Shown here piece by piece: positions 1-12,254 of a stretch of 64,000 bases of DNA. Each line of letters starts with the position of its first letter. Within the stretch, counting starts at the first letter, position 1. Origin of the DNA: Octopus sinensis (taxonomy: Eukaryota); NCBI RefSeq assembly GCF_006345805.1, contig NC_043003.1:101246001-101310000 (forward strand), given 5' to 3'. Position numbers and translations under genes: made by a program. The notes beneath the pieces are model-generated. The model worked only from the letters and a program-made list of their open reading frames with translations. It made no database searches and was not told the origin of the DNA.

Positions 1-838
1 GTACGTATGCATGTACGTACATACGCCTGTGTATGCATGTATGTATGTATGTATGTATATATGTATGTGTGTGTATATACACGCACATACACTCTATAAA
101 CATAAAGCTATAAACCTGTAGCGATGGATAGATGTAGAGTGACCACTCATCACAATAATATCAAATTTCAATCCCCTCCCCCCCCGGCCCGAAGCCTGGA
201 ACTGATTTACGACCCTTACTCCCAAAACTATACCCTAAAACCTATTATCAGATATTTATCTCTATATCACAGAACTTTTGTTTTACTATTGTGCGTATGT
301 ATGTATGTATGTGCGTATGTATGTATGTATGTGTTTATGTACATACGTACGCATGTGCATATATATGTATACGCGCACGTATGCATGTGCCCATGTATGT
401 GTGTGCGTACATGTACGTGCGTATGTACGTGTGTATGCCCATAGGTATGTATGTATGTTTGTACTCATGTGCTACGTATGTATGAGAGTGTCTAGGAGAA
501 TGGGCAGACGTTTCTGTGAGAGTGCATACATGTGTATGTGTATGTGAACGTATGTCCGTGTACTGGCATGTGTCCGTCCAAGTTGTGTACATGACTGTTA
601 CTTTGTTGAAGGTTGTATACATATTCACATATATGTTTGTATAGACGCACACACATATATATATGTGTGGGTGTGTGTTTGTTCCTCTCATCACTGTCTA
701 ACTGTGAATGGATACAACGCCTAAGTGCAACTGTACGTATCAAACAACGTACGCTCATACTGTTATATATAACTGCACATACGCATTGCAACCTGTATGT
801 AAGGACTACAAGTAAACGAGAGAGAGAGAGAGGGGTGG

Positions 839-1582
839 TTATAGAATAGTCCTTCTGAATGGGATCTGGATGTTACTCCATTCGGACTTTCGGTTGAGAG
901 TAGGCTTGTATTCTTGTATACAAACAGCTTCTGTGACCTGTCTCAACATTGCATCGGTAGGATGTGTTGATAGGATGTTCAACTTAAGTTTCCCTAAGGA
1001 TCCCTTGTGGCATTCTACAGCATGTTGGTAGAAGATGGAGTTTGGCTTCCTTTCAATGTAGTTGTCCAGGTGTTCTTTGAACCTATCATTGATGCTTCTA
1101 GAAGTCTCACCTATGTATGACTCTGGGTTAGTCGCACAAGCTCCCTCCTGGCACTTAATCTGGTATACAGTGCCCTTGGTTTTACAATTTACATGTGGAT
1201 TTGTCGAACATACTGCACAATTACTTTGAGAGGTGATTCTATCAAATGGATATGATCTGCATAATGCCGATATGATAGTCCTACCTGTCTTTTCTACAAC
1301 TTTAATTTTTAGGCCCGTAGTGCGCAAGATTTTCTTGAATGCCTTACTTAGCTCGTTCTTAGGTGTGGCGTCAACGAACATTACTCCATGAAATCTCCTG
1401 TTATCGTACCAAGTAACGTTTCTCATCCTTTTGTTGGTGTCCCTCTCTAACCTATTCCAGAACTTGTTGTGGTATAGGGGGCATATACCGTTTTCGTCGT
1501 TCCTTAGAATGCGTTCGAATCTAGCTTTCGCTCTTTTGTACACCCTGACTCTATCGTCTTGTGTGTATCCGGAGCGTTGCAT
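839..1582 (-). CDS. PLE C-terminal region with GIY-YIG endonuclease (inverted arm, open frame)
   Basis: CAVC..NC zinc-binding linker, KGTVYQIKC...SYIGETSRSINDRFKEH and EAVCIQEYKPTLNRKSEW are typical of PLE GIY-YIG domains. Confidence 0.9.
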   Translation of the reverse strand: MQRSGYTQDDRVRVYKRAKARFERILRNDENGICPLYHNKFWNRLERDTNKRMRNVTWYDNRRFHGVMFVDATPKNELSKAFKKILRTTGLKIKVVEKTGRTIISALCRSYPFDRITSQSNCAVCSTNPHVNCKTKGTVYQIKCQEGACATNPESYIGETSRSINDRFKEHLDNYIERKPNSIFYQHAVECHKGSLGKLKLNILSTHPTDAMLRQVTEAVCIQEYKPTLNRKSEWSNIQIPFRRTIL

Positions 1583-1626
1583 TCGGAATATGTAGTGCTG
1601 GATGTGTTGCCGTTCTTGTGGTTGGC

Positions 1627-3291
1627 ATAGTGATATCCCTATACCCCTCCATCGATGTAGACTTTGCTGTCGATAAATGTATAGAAATAGTTAGTGAGAG
1701 TGGTATGATATTTAAGAATGTGGATGTATATGAACTAGGGCTCTTCCTGGCCCTGACATGTACCAATGAATACCTGTCGCGCAATAACCTTCTATATGCT
1801 TGTCCCACCCGTAACAAACGTGGTAGACCACCTACCATTACCTCAGCATACAGGAAGACTCACTATGAGCGCTGGCAGGGATGGACAAAGCCGGACTACC
1901 CACCTTCAAGTGCACACGACATTAGAACCACCATCGCACATGCTATCGGTGTCAGCCTGAGATTTACGCTAAAAACACATATTTTAAAATTTGACAACAA
2001 ACTGTATAGGCAAACGAAAGGCGGTGCTATTGGAGTGGGGATCGCCGGTGACGTTGCAATCCTCTTCATGGTATGGTGGGACAAACATTTTAAACAGTGC
2101 CTAGCAAACCGTAACATCCACTTGGCTATGTACTCTCGTTACGTCGACGACATTAACCTTGTTGTGAAATATAATAGACACAGTTATGGGCCCTCTACCA
2201 AGTGAAGAACAGGTGATGACATGTATACAACACATAGCTGACTCTATCCACAGCAGTATAAAATTTACCATAGACTACCCCTCTAAACACCCCAGTAAAC
2301 AATTACCCGTCCAAGATACTGAGCTATGGATGGAAGATGCTATGGTTAATGGAACCATTAAACCCTGTATACTCCACTCACACTATCAGAAACCGATGGC
2401 TAATCCACTAGTAATCCGTAGTGACTCAGCTATGTCGGATACTGCCAAACTCAACATCCTAGTGGCAGACTTAATTAGAGTAATGAGGAATGTATCACCA
2501 CTATGCCAACCACAAGAACGACAACAACACATCCAGCACTACATATTCCGAATGCAACACTCCGGATACACACAAGACGATAGAGTCAGGGTGTACAAAA
2601 GAGCGAAAGCTAGATTCGAACGCATTCTAAGGAACGACGAAAATGGTATATGCCCCCTATACCGCAACAAGTTCTGGAATAGGTTAGAGAGGGACACCAA
2701 CAAAAGGATGAGAAACGTTACTTGGTACGATAACAGATTTCACGGAGTAATGTTCGTTGACGCCACACCTAAGAACGAGCTAAGTAAGGCATTCAAGAAA
2801 ATCCTGCGCATTACGGGCCTAAAAATTAAAGTTGTAGAAAAGACAGGTAGGACTATCAAATCAGCATTATGCAGATCATATCCATTTGATAGAATCACCT
2901 GTCAAAGTAATTGTGCAGTATGTTCGACAAATCCACATGTAAATTGTAAAACCAAGGGCACTGTATACCAGATTAAGTGCCAGGAGGGAGCTTGTGCGAC
3001 TAACCCAGATCATACATAGGTGAGACTTCTAGAAGCATCAATGATAGGTTCAAAGAACATCTGGACAACTACATTGAAAGGAAGCCAAACTCCATCTTCT
3101 ACCAACATGCTGTAGAATGCCACAAGGGATCCTTAGGGAAACTTAAGTTGAACATCCTATCAACACATCCCACCGATGCAATGTTGAGACAGGTCACAGA
3201 AGCTGTTTGTATACAAGAATACAAACCTACTCTCAACCGAAAGTCCGAATGGAGTAACATCCAGATCCCATTCAGAAGGACTATTCTATAA
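1627..3291 (+). pseudogene. PLE RT-endonuclease ORF, 5'-truncated, two frameshifts
   Basis: ORFs 1561-2205 and 2186-3019 overlap out of frame. A 1-nt deletion near 3010 (ccagatcatac versus ccagagtcatac in the inverted arm) breaks the YIG motif. Stop TAA ends at 3291. Confidence 0.88.
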
Positions 3292-3961
3292 CCACCCCTC
3301 TCTCTCTCTCTCGTTTACTTGTAGTCCTTACATACAGGTTGCAATGCGTATGTGCAGTTATATATAACAATATGAGCGTACGTTGTTTGATACGTAGTTG
3401 CACTTAGGCGCTGTGTCCATTCAGTTAGACGGTGATGAGAGGAACAAACACACACCCACACATATATATGTGTGTGCGTCTATACAAACATATATGTGAA
3501 TATGTATACAACCTTCAACAAAGTAACAGTCATGTACACAACTTGGACGGACACATGCCAGTACACGGACATACGTTCACATACACATACACACACTCTC
3601 ACAGACACGTCTGCCCATTCTCCTAGACACTCACATACATACGTAGCACATGAGTACAAACATACATACATACATACATGCATACACAGGCGTATGTACG
3701 TACATGCATACATACATACATACACACATGTATGCATACATACACACATACATACATACATACATATATATGACGAACTAACTGTTACTTTCTCAGATGC
3801 AGCACGGATTTTTGTCAGTGAACAGGTCGCGGATTTTAGCGACGAAAATATTTTGACAAATTAAACTTAAATGTTGAAGTGAATCGAACGGCTTTTGTGT
3901 GTTTCTTAAATGGCTTATAAACACCTTCCACGCTGCAATTGTTATATATATATATATATAT

Positions 3962-4384
3962 ATATACTTAATAAAAGATTTCAGCAAAGATTTGCTTTAC
4001 CACATACCGAAGTTTAGAAATAGCAGCCAAAAATCTTAGCTATTTCTTCTACTTTAAAAAGGGACTCCTAGAGAAACCAAAATACTTGAAAATAATTCAC
4101 ACAGGTAGAGAGTAAAGCAACGAAAATCAATCAATATCTGGTCATCCATGGATGCGCGTTTCAGAATTAGGTTTTGCATAAAGAATATAAAATTATACTT
4201 TACTAACTATTTTCTTCATCAGCATGGCATTCCACAATAATTCGAGGGTACTAGAATAGTTGAATATATCTCTCCACCTTTTATTAAGTATTACTTAAGT
4301 TTACCGTGAAATGGTCCTTTTTCATACGGAATTCTACTTGGTGAAATTATTGATTACTTCTTAATTAATTAATTTTACCCTTTG

Positions 4385-4390
<6 letters not shown>
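3962..4390 (-). repeat. Short hammerhead-bearing repeat (PLE pLTR-like, non-coding)
   Basis: Flanked by TA arrays and carries a hammerhead at 4227-4146. Its start motif (gggtaaaattaattaatt..aatttcaccaagta) recurs at about 41400-41450, and its AGAAATAG..CTATTTCT hairpin recurs near 41830-41870. Confidence 0.6.
4146..4227 (-). ncRNA. Minimal type I hammerhead ribozyme (one helix III substitution)
   Basis: Minus strand: CCAUG-CUGAUGA-AGAA..UUCU-GAAAC-GCGC-AUC/CAUGG. Stem I is 5 bp and stem II closes with 4 bp. GUC has probably become AUC by CpG decay. Confidence 0.75.
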
Positions 4391-4434
<44 letters not shown>

Positions 4435-5907
4435 CATGAATATATTATACCTATATACAAATAAAAAGTCTTTTCACAACAGACTTTAAAATAGAATGTA
4501 GTTTATTTTAAAATCATTAATAATTAAAGAAATTCTGCTTCTTTTCAATGCTACTATACAATAAAAACATTGAGTACATCACATGAAGATGACCAATTTA
4601 ATGCATGAAGTCAGTATCAGAACTGACTCTAATATTAAATTTTACAATAGATCAGGACACTATTCCAGACAACTGTTGACTTTGCCAGTGTCTAAGTAAG
4701 AAATATAGCTGAAAAAGGGGAATAACTGAGAAAAATTGATTTTTTAAAAATATCTTTAAGTGATAAAAACACATTATTAGGTTTAGTTCAATATAAATAA
4801 AGGTCTCTTTCCTATTTAGCAGATATCTGAGTAGAATAGCAAAACCTTTTCACAATAAAAACTTCAAATCTCACATGTTCAAAAAGACAGAAGGTAAAAA
4901 CAAAGACCCTAAAGCTCTAGTATTAGTATTACAGCATTTGACAGGGGTACAATCATGTAATACAACCCTAACCTCAATATAAAAGTAACAGATTAACAGT
5001 TGGAGATCAAGTTATACTGAGCATGTGTACATAAGAGCAATAATGGAAGTATGAAAACAAAAGGGTATGAAAAAGGAAAGATACAAACAGATAAACAGCT
5101 TGAATATTCATGTTTTGTATGAAATTTGATAAAAATGTTCTCACTCTCACACATAAATATCTATCTATACTATAATGGAGAAAGCTGCTTATATTAGGTA
5201 TGTAACAATTACTAAAAGTACTAAAAGAAAGCAATTATTAAAGGAAAAATTTTTATAAATTCATGTTCTAAGAAATTTCCTATAATTTCGATTTCTCAAG
5301 TTCCTTGAATTTTTTAACTCCAATTTCTCGCAAATTTAAATATTCATTGCATTCACTGCGGAGTATTCCATTTTCATTTACAAAGTCTCTCACTTTCTCT
5401 TTTAAGTTTTAATTTGCTATTTAGAAAACCGATAGTTTATTCTTTTAATGTAGACATAATTTATAAACATCATTTATTGAATGAAAATTTTTTAAAACAC
5501 CTGTATAATTTTTGAATGCGGGATAGCTGTGAGAAGAGCCAAGAAAGTTGGGTAATTACTATTAGAAGACAAGGAGCCAAAAAAAGTTTCTAACAAGTGC
5601 TTGAAACTTGCACCTTATTCACCATTTCCAAACATTCTATACCACTAAGCCAATATATACACAAACAAGTTGCATGAGCAATTTCAACAGTGACACGCAC
5701 ACATACACTCTTGCACACACACACACATACACTCTTGCACACATAGATACACATGCACACAAATGAAAGGCAATGAATGTGTGCATGTGTGTGTATGTGT
5801 ACTCACTGACAAAAGTTCATGTTGCATCACTTTTGTGAAGTTTTGTCAGTGAACAGGTCATGCGTTCAAAGTGACAAAAATATTTTGACACAAATGAAAT
5901 TTTTATG

Positions 5908-6143
5908 CCTTTAGTCGAGCAAATCGACCCCTAGTACTTATTCTATCGGCCTCTTTTGCCGAACCGCTAAGTTACGGGGACGTAAACACACCACCATCGG
6001 TTGTCAAGTGATGCTGGGATCAACACAGACACACAAACATATACATATATAAAAATATACGATGGGCTTCTTTCAGTTTCCGTCTACCAAATCCACTCAC
6101 AAGGCTTTGGTTGGCCCAAGGCTATAGTAGAAGACACTTGCCC
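5908..6143 (-). mobile_element. SINE family A, truncated at both ends
   Basis: Reverse complement of the body of the full copy at 15015-15432. Confidence 0.85.
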
Positions 6144-6159
6144 ACAGCAGAAGACATTT

Positions 6160-6530
6160 TCCCCACAAATGATATAGACAAATTGTCTTTTTCGTTTTCC
6201 ATTGTGAACTGTATGGATGGCTTTATTGAGTTCACATGATCTAACAGCACTTGGACATTTTGGTGGGACCAGAGTATAAAGGTGTCATCAACATATCGTA
6301 GCCATAGTATTGGTTTTAGTGGTGTTGATCCTAAAGCCAAATTCTCAAACTATTCCATGTATATATTGGCTATTACCAATGATAATGGTGAACCCATAGC
6401 TAAACCCTCCTCTTGTCGATATATATCAGTGTCCATACTGAAATAGGTAGTTTCTACACATAAGGTTAACATTTCCATCAAGTTTCTTATTAGTATACTA
6501 GTGCATTCTTTTAGATGGGTGTCTGCACAA
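6160..6530 (-). mobile_element. Penelope/Poseidon-type PLE RT fragment
   Basis: Translates to YRQEEGLAMGSPLSLVIANIYME*FENLALG..WLRYVDDTFILW..HVNSIKPSIQFTME. Confidence 0.85.
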
Positions 6531-7127
6531 TGCAGTGAGAATAAATTTTGAGTAACCGTTAACTTAGGATAATTTTATTTTACTTTAAGGTATGGATGAC
6601 TTAAATTTACTTTAAACCTCCCCGTTCTTCTAAACACCTAACCTTACGTGTACATATGCTCACATTTTTGCTAATGCTTGTATGAGCGTGTGTACTCGTG
6701 CCATGCGTTTATACATCCATACCGGTTAATGGTTATTTTCAATACTTTTCTCGCTGGATTAAGTGTTCATTTCTCTTTTTGTCTTCTGCAATTTTATTTT
6801 TGGATCTCCTATATATATGAATAATTTTCCTCCATCTGGCTGTTTTTCTCTCTACAAAACAAAAAGTTGCATTATGAAACTGTCATTTTAACGAGATTTT
6901 TTATACGTCTGCGCCACCAGATACTCCTGTACCAGTTTTTGTGTGTCCCACAAGAGGAGTCGATGCTAGATGTGTCGAAACAATTGTTGTGATTAATAAT
7001 ATATTCTCGTATATTCCATCTTCTGTCTTTCATTTCTTATATATATGTGTGTGTGTGTGTGTGTATATATATATACATACACACCCACACACACCCACAT
7101 ATATATGTACATACACACCCACACACA

Positions 7128-7740
7128 CAGGGTGCCATCTAAGTTACGCATAAAGGAAAGTAAAACTGACATCTTGTTTTAACAGATATATTTACCAAAA
7201 TTACATAAAAATATCTTAAAATACTAAAGAGTATATTTATTCAATAAAATCGCCATTGCCTTCAACAATGGCCTCCAGATGACTTTGGAATCTCCTGCAA
7301 CACTTCTGGACGGTCTCCTTGTTTAATTTGGTGAATGCTGCCATAATCCTTGCCTTCAGTTCAAGTTTGATGTTACTAGGAGTTTTGTTGGTCTCTCACT
7401 CAACTGCACCCCACACAATAATCAAGGGGTTGCAGTCTGGAGAGTTAGGTGGCAAGATGTTAGGGATGATGTGGTTGCAGAAATTGCCTGACTGCATGGT
7501 ACAGAGTCCTGTTGCCAGACATAGAGTCTTCTAGTACCTACCCTCTTCAGCCAGGGCAACACTACCTCCTCCAGGCACTTAATGTAGGCCTCTGTGTTGA
7601 GTCTGAGGCCATGTGGGAAGATGAACAGAGGCATAACATTGCCATCACTAGTGATCACTCCAAACACCATGATGTTGCCTGGATGTTTGATTTTTATCAC
7701 TCTCGGTACATGTTTTGGGGACATGGGCAAATGTAACTAG
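7128..7740 (-). mobile_element. Tc1/mariner-superfamily (maT/DD37D-like) transposase 3' fragment with one terminal repeat
   Basis: KHPGNIMVFGVITSDG..VLPWLKRVG..YVWQQDSVPC. Left end begins CAGGGTG. Confidence 0.75.
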
Positions 7741-7912
7741 TTTAGCTGACACCCTACTTAATCTAACATTGGAATGTTGATATTTGCTACACCAGTAACA
7801 CTTAAATTTACGTTTTTAAGATCCCCATAATGCTTATACTTACAACGCCACTAACACCTATTCCTACCCCCAGTAGGGGAAATAATCTTAACACACTTGA
7901 ATGTTTGAATGA

Positions 7913-10900
7913 TATCAGGTCAGGAGTGAGAACAGGTGAAAAATGTCTAACAAACGAACACGACAACCTCCTCCTTCTTTCCAGGCACTGAATAATATCC
8001 CCACTCCCCGAGCCTCACCCCACATTCCTTTCCCAGTTTTCAGAGTTAGCACTGTCAATGTAGGCACACTGAAAGGTAGGTCTAATGAGATTGTAGAGAT
8101 GCTTGAAAGGAGACATGTCAATGTATGCTGCATGCAAGAGGTAAGATGGAGAGGAGCTTCAGACAGGGTCCTCACAGGCAAGGCACATAGATATAAAATC
8201 TTCTGGGAAGGTAACATAGATGGAGTAGGGGGTGTAGGCATACTTCTTGCAGAGAAATGGGTGGTCATAGAGGTTGTCAGGGTATGCAATAGAGTGCTTA
8301 AGCTCAAGCTAGTCCTGCAGAACAGCACAGCTACAATTATCTCTGCCTATGCTCCTCAAGCAGGCCTACCAGATGATCAGAAGGACCGTTTTTATAATAC
8401 CCTTTTACAGGCTGCCTCAAAGACAAGTGGCAATGACCTCATCTTTGCAGCTGGAGACTTTAATGGGCATGTTGGACGGCAATCCGGTATCTTCCTTGTG
8501 TATACGGGGGCTATGGTATTGGTTCCCAAAAGGCGGCGAGCTGGCAGAAACGTTAGCACGCCAGGCAAAATGCTTAGCGGTATTTCGTCTGCGTTACGTT
8601 GTGAGTTCAAATTCCGCCGAGGTCGACTTTGCCTTTCATCCTTTCGGGGTCGATAAATTAAGTACCAGTTACGCACTGGGGTCGATGTAATCAACTTAAT
8701 ACCTATATCTGTCCTTGTTTGTCCCCTCTGTGTTTAGCCCCTTGTGGGTAATAAAGAAATAGGTATTGGTTCCCAAAATGAAGGCAGAACTAGGCTACTG
8801 GAGTAACCTTTTAATCTGCAACACTAACTTCAGGAAGCAAACACAGTCACCTGATAACCTATCAATCAGGTGACTTAGCTAGCCAGATTGATTTCATCCT
8901 CAGACAGCAGGATGCAGGGTTGCTCTTAAATACAAAGACCCACCCGAGTGAAGAATGTACTCCCCAGCATAGACAAGCCATTAGTGACTTTAGACTCAAG
9001 GCCAGAAGGATGCCAAGAAGCAGACTAATCCAGAAAAGAATTTGGAAGCTAAAGAACCCTTCACGTGGTCAAAATTTTGGAAAAAGCCTCATCAAGAAAT
9101 TTGATGAGTGGGAGGAGGAGCAACAGACCTCGGACATAGAGGGTAGCTGGAAATTCCTACAGGACAGCTAAGTGCCATAGACCAAGTCTGCGGGTGGTGC
9201 TAAGTCCCTTCCAGACCTAGAGTGGTGGTGGAATAATACAGTAGACAAAGGCATTAGAGCAAAGAAATAGGCCTGGAAAGCCTGGAACTGTACCAGATAA
9301 TCAGGAGGGAGGCTGAGCGACAGGTATACATAGCCAAGGTAGAAGCAGATAAGAAGTTTGCCAATGTCCAGAGATGTGAGGACCAAAGAACTGAGGTATT
9401 TCGGATTGCAAGACAGTGTGTGAGATAAAATTGTGATGTCACAGGAGAGAAATGGATGATGGTGCACTTGCTTTTAATGATTCTGAAAAGAAAGAGGATT
9501 GGAGAAGCCATTATGAAAGACTGCTGAATGTGGAGAATGAATGGGAGGAGGAGAGCCTGCCAAATGTTGACCCAGTAGAGGGACAACCATCCAAATAGAC
9601 AGAACCCTGGTAGATAAAGAAATTAAGGGTATGAAGCCAGGAAAAGCCCCCCAGCCCATCAGGAATCACTGCTGAGATGCTTAAAATATCTGGTGGTGTG
9701 GGTTATGGCCTAGTCACCCGTATTGTAAACCAGGTAGTTCATGATGGAGTCATACCCAATGACTGGCGTAGCTGCACAATAGTCAACTGCTACAAGGGTA
9801 AAGGTGATGCCTTGGATAGAAATAACTACAGGGGTATCAAACTGCTGGATCAGGTGATGAAGGTCACATAGCCCAGCTAATTAGGGAGAGAGTCTGCTCA
9901 GATGAGATGCAGTTCAGTTTTGTGCCAGGTAGAAGCACCACTATTGCCATATTCCTGGTATGGCAACTGCAGGAGAAATACCTAGCTAAAGATAAACCCC
10001 TGTACTTAGCTTTTGTGGACTTGGAGAAAGCCTTTGACAGGATCCTCTGATCCCTTATTTGGTGAGCGATGTGGAAACTAGGGATTGATGAATGGTTAAT
10101 AAGGGCTGTACAGGCCCTATACAGAGATGCCATTAGTAAGGTTAGGGTTGGAAATGAGTATAGTGAAGAATTCCAGGTAGAAGTAGGGGTTCACCAAGGA
10201 TCATCCCTCGGCTCTCTCTTATTCATCATAGTCCTCCAGGCAATAACAGAGGAATTCAAAACAGGTTGCCCCTGGGAGCTCCTCTATGCTGATGACCTGG
10301 CCCTCATAGCAGAATCACTACCAGAACTACAGAAGAAATTTCAGGTGTGGAAGCAAGGTTTAGAATTGAAGGGCCTTAGAGTCAATGTCGCAAAAACAAA
10401 AGTCCTAGTGAGTAGGAAGGCAAACACATCCCACACACCCCTTCAGGCAGGTGGCCCTGCTCGAACTGTAGAAAAGGTGTAGGTAGAAACTCCATAAGAT
10501 GCACCCAGTGTAAGCTACAGACGCATAAGAGGTGCAGCAATATCAGAGGAAGATTAACTGAGAAGATAGCTTTTGTGTGCAGCAGGTGCAGAGGAGCAAT
10601 AGACTCCACAGAGGACATGCGTAGGCTCAAAAGAAATGAAGCTAACATGATCCACTGGATGTGTAATGTCAGTGTCCATGCACAACAGAGTGTAAGCGCC
10701 CTGAGAGAAATGTTGGACATAAGAAGCATTGGATGCAGCATGCAGGAGAGACGTTTGCGTTGGTATGGTCACGTACTACGGATGGATGAGGAAAGATGTG
10801 TGAAGAAGTGCCACTCCCAAACTGTTGAAGGAATCCGGGGTAGAGGTGGACCCACGAAGACATGGGATGAGGTGGTCAAGCATGACTTTCGTATGTTGAG

Positions 10901-11637
10901 CCTCACAGAGGCTATGACGAAAGACCGAGACCTCTGGAGATATGCTGTGACTTCGAAGACCCGACAATTGAAGGGAGTTCATGGCTTGCAGGATGGCCTG
11001 CTGCGCTTGAGGAGACCTATTGTGTCAAGTTCATCAACATCAAAATAAAATTTGTATGGATATTGTAGTTGTGATACCTGTGCCGGTGGCATGTAGGGCC
11101 TCACAGAGGAAATGACGAAGACTGAGACCTCTGAGATATGCTGTGACTGTGAAGACCCGACAAATGGAGTGAGTTCACAGCTCGCAGGATGGCCTGCTGT
11201 GCTAACCTTGGATCGTAGAGCGACCTGCTATTCATGAGGAGACCTATTGAGTAAAGTATGTTAACACCAACATCAAAATGAAAATCAAATGGAAATTGTA
11301 GTTAAGATGCCCGTGCTGGTGACACGTTAAAAGCACCATCCGAACGTGGCAGATGCCAGCGCTGCCTGACTGGCATCCATGTCGGTGACACATAAAAGCA
11401 CCAACCGATTGTGGCCATTTGTCAGCCTCCTCTGGCCTCTGTGCCGGTGGCACGTAAAAAGCACCCACTACACTCACGGAGTGGTTGGCATTAGGAAGGG
11501 CATCCAGCTGTAGAAACACTGCCAGATCAGACTGGAGCCTGGTGCAGCCTCTTGGCTTCCCAGACCCCGGTCGAGCCGTCCAACCCATGCTAGCATGGAA
11601 AACAGACGTTAAAGGATGATGATGATGAGGATGATTA
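7913..11637 (+). mobile_element. RTE-clade LINE (family A), decayed APE-RT ORF, long 3' UTR, (GAT)n tail, 9-bp TSD
   Basis: APE motifs (RVSTVNVGTLKGR, MQEVRW, GDFNGHVG) and RT motifs (NYRGIKLL, VHQGSSL, LLYADDLAL). TSD TTTGAATGA at 7904-7912 and 11638-11646. Confidence 0.92.
8532..8761 (+). mobile_element. SINE family B, young full-length copy nested in the RTE, 17-bp TSD
   Basis: tRNA-like head (B box GAGTTCAAATTCC) and central GCCTTTCATCCTTTCGGGGTCGATAAA. TSD GGTATTGGTTCCCAAAA at 8515-8531 and 8762-8778. Confidence 0.95.
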
Positions 11638-11799
11638 TTTGAATGAACTTGCACCTATTTTTATTTTTAATATTTTTGAACCAATTTAAAGTATCTCGGG
11701 TACAACTCCAGAGTTTAAGGTTATTTAATGTTTTAAGTTTGTCTTTTTTTTGTTTTTTAATGTTCTAGCTAAGAGCTGCGGCCATGCTGATGCACTGCT

Positions 11800-12240
11800 G
11801 TTAATATATCTATATATTTATCTAATATAAGTTTACTGAGGCTTCCTATATCGGACTTACAATTTTTTTAATAGATGTTTTACTAGTTTTATTCAAGAAA
11901 TTTGTAACATATATAGTGGTTTTTACTAAATAATCTTTTAAAATACTATTAACTTACGTTTGACATAAAAACTGGTAATTTATACTTGTATAGTTAGGGG
12001 TAAGTCTTACACTAAATTCCCGTAATAGGTTGTAGGATTTGATGTGTTTATAATATAGTCATTGAGGATTTCCTTATGTTTAGCATTTTCTATATATATC
12101 GGTATTGTAATTTTAGGTGTTTAATTTTTTTAATCTTAAAAAACATATTTGTAATTTATATATTTCTATTATATTTTTATTCATATTCTTATTTTCTATC
12201 TAATATGACTTCTAATATGTATTTTTAACTTTGATCCTTT
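11800..12240 (-). mobile_element. Highly decayed Hydra-type PLE RT N-terminal remnant
   Basis: Minus translation CKSDIGSLSKLILDKY resembles CPSSSDIGTLSKYIL in ORF 49593-50243. The rest is degenerate. Confidence 0.45.
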
Positions 12241-12254
12241 AATAATAATAATAA

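Larger units (their letters stand above)
1..3720 (+). mobile_element. Penelope-like retroelement (PLE) with inverted duplication of its 3' half (fold-back insertion)
   Basis: Plus strand 1627-3291 encodes RT (VISLYPSID; YRQTKGGAIG; YSRYVDD), thumb and a C-terminal GIY-YIG endonuclease. 1-1632 is the reverse complement of about 2499-3715. Confidence 0.9.

Noticed and set aside
124-849. Many ORFs rich in Y/I/M/C/V/H/T (also 12513-12795, 41982-42313, 45162-45968, 52618-54919)
   Set aside because: These are translations of TA/TG/TATG microsatellites, not genes.
4823-4893. Plus-strand 71-nt open segment with good AG/GT sites (YLSRIAKPFHNKNFKSHMFKKTE)
   Set aside because: It is isolated, has no partner exon or homology, and lies opposite to the supported gene strand.
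6948-6991. GAAAC-AATT-GTT with palindromic helix III
   Set aside because: The upstream core reads AAGAGGA instead of CUGANGA and stem II is weak. At best a dead hammerhead remnant.
8532-8640. tRNA-like A/B boxes here and in other SINE heads
   Set aside because: They are SINE promoters with no complete cloverleaf, so no tRNA gene is called.
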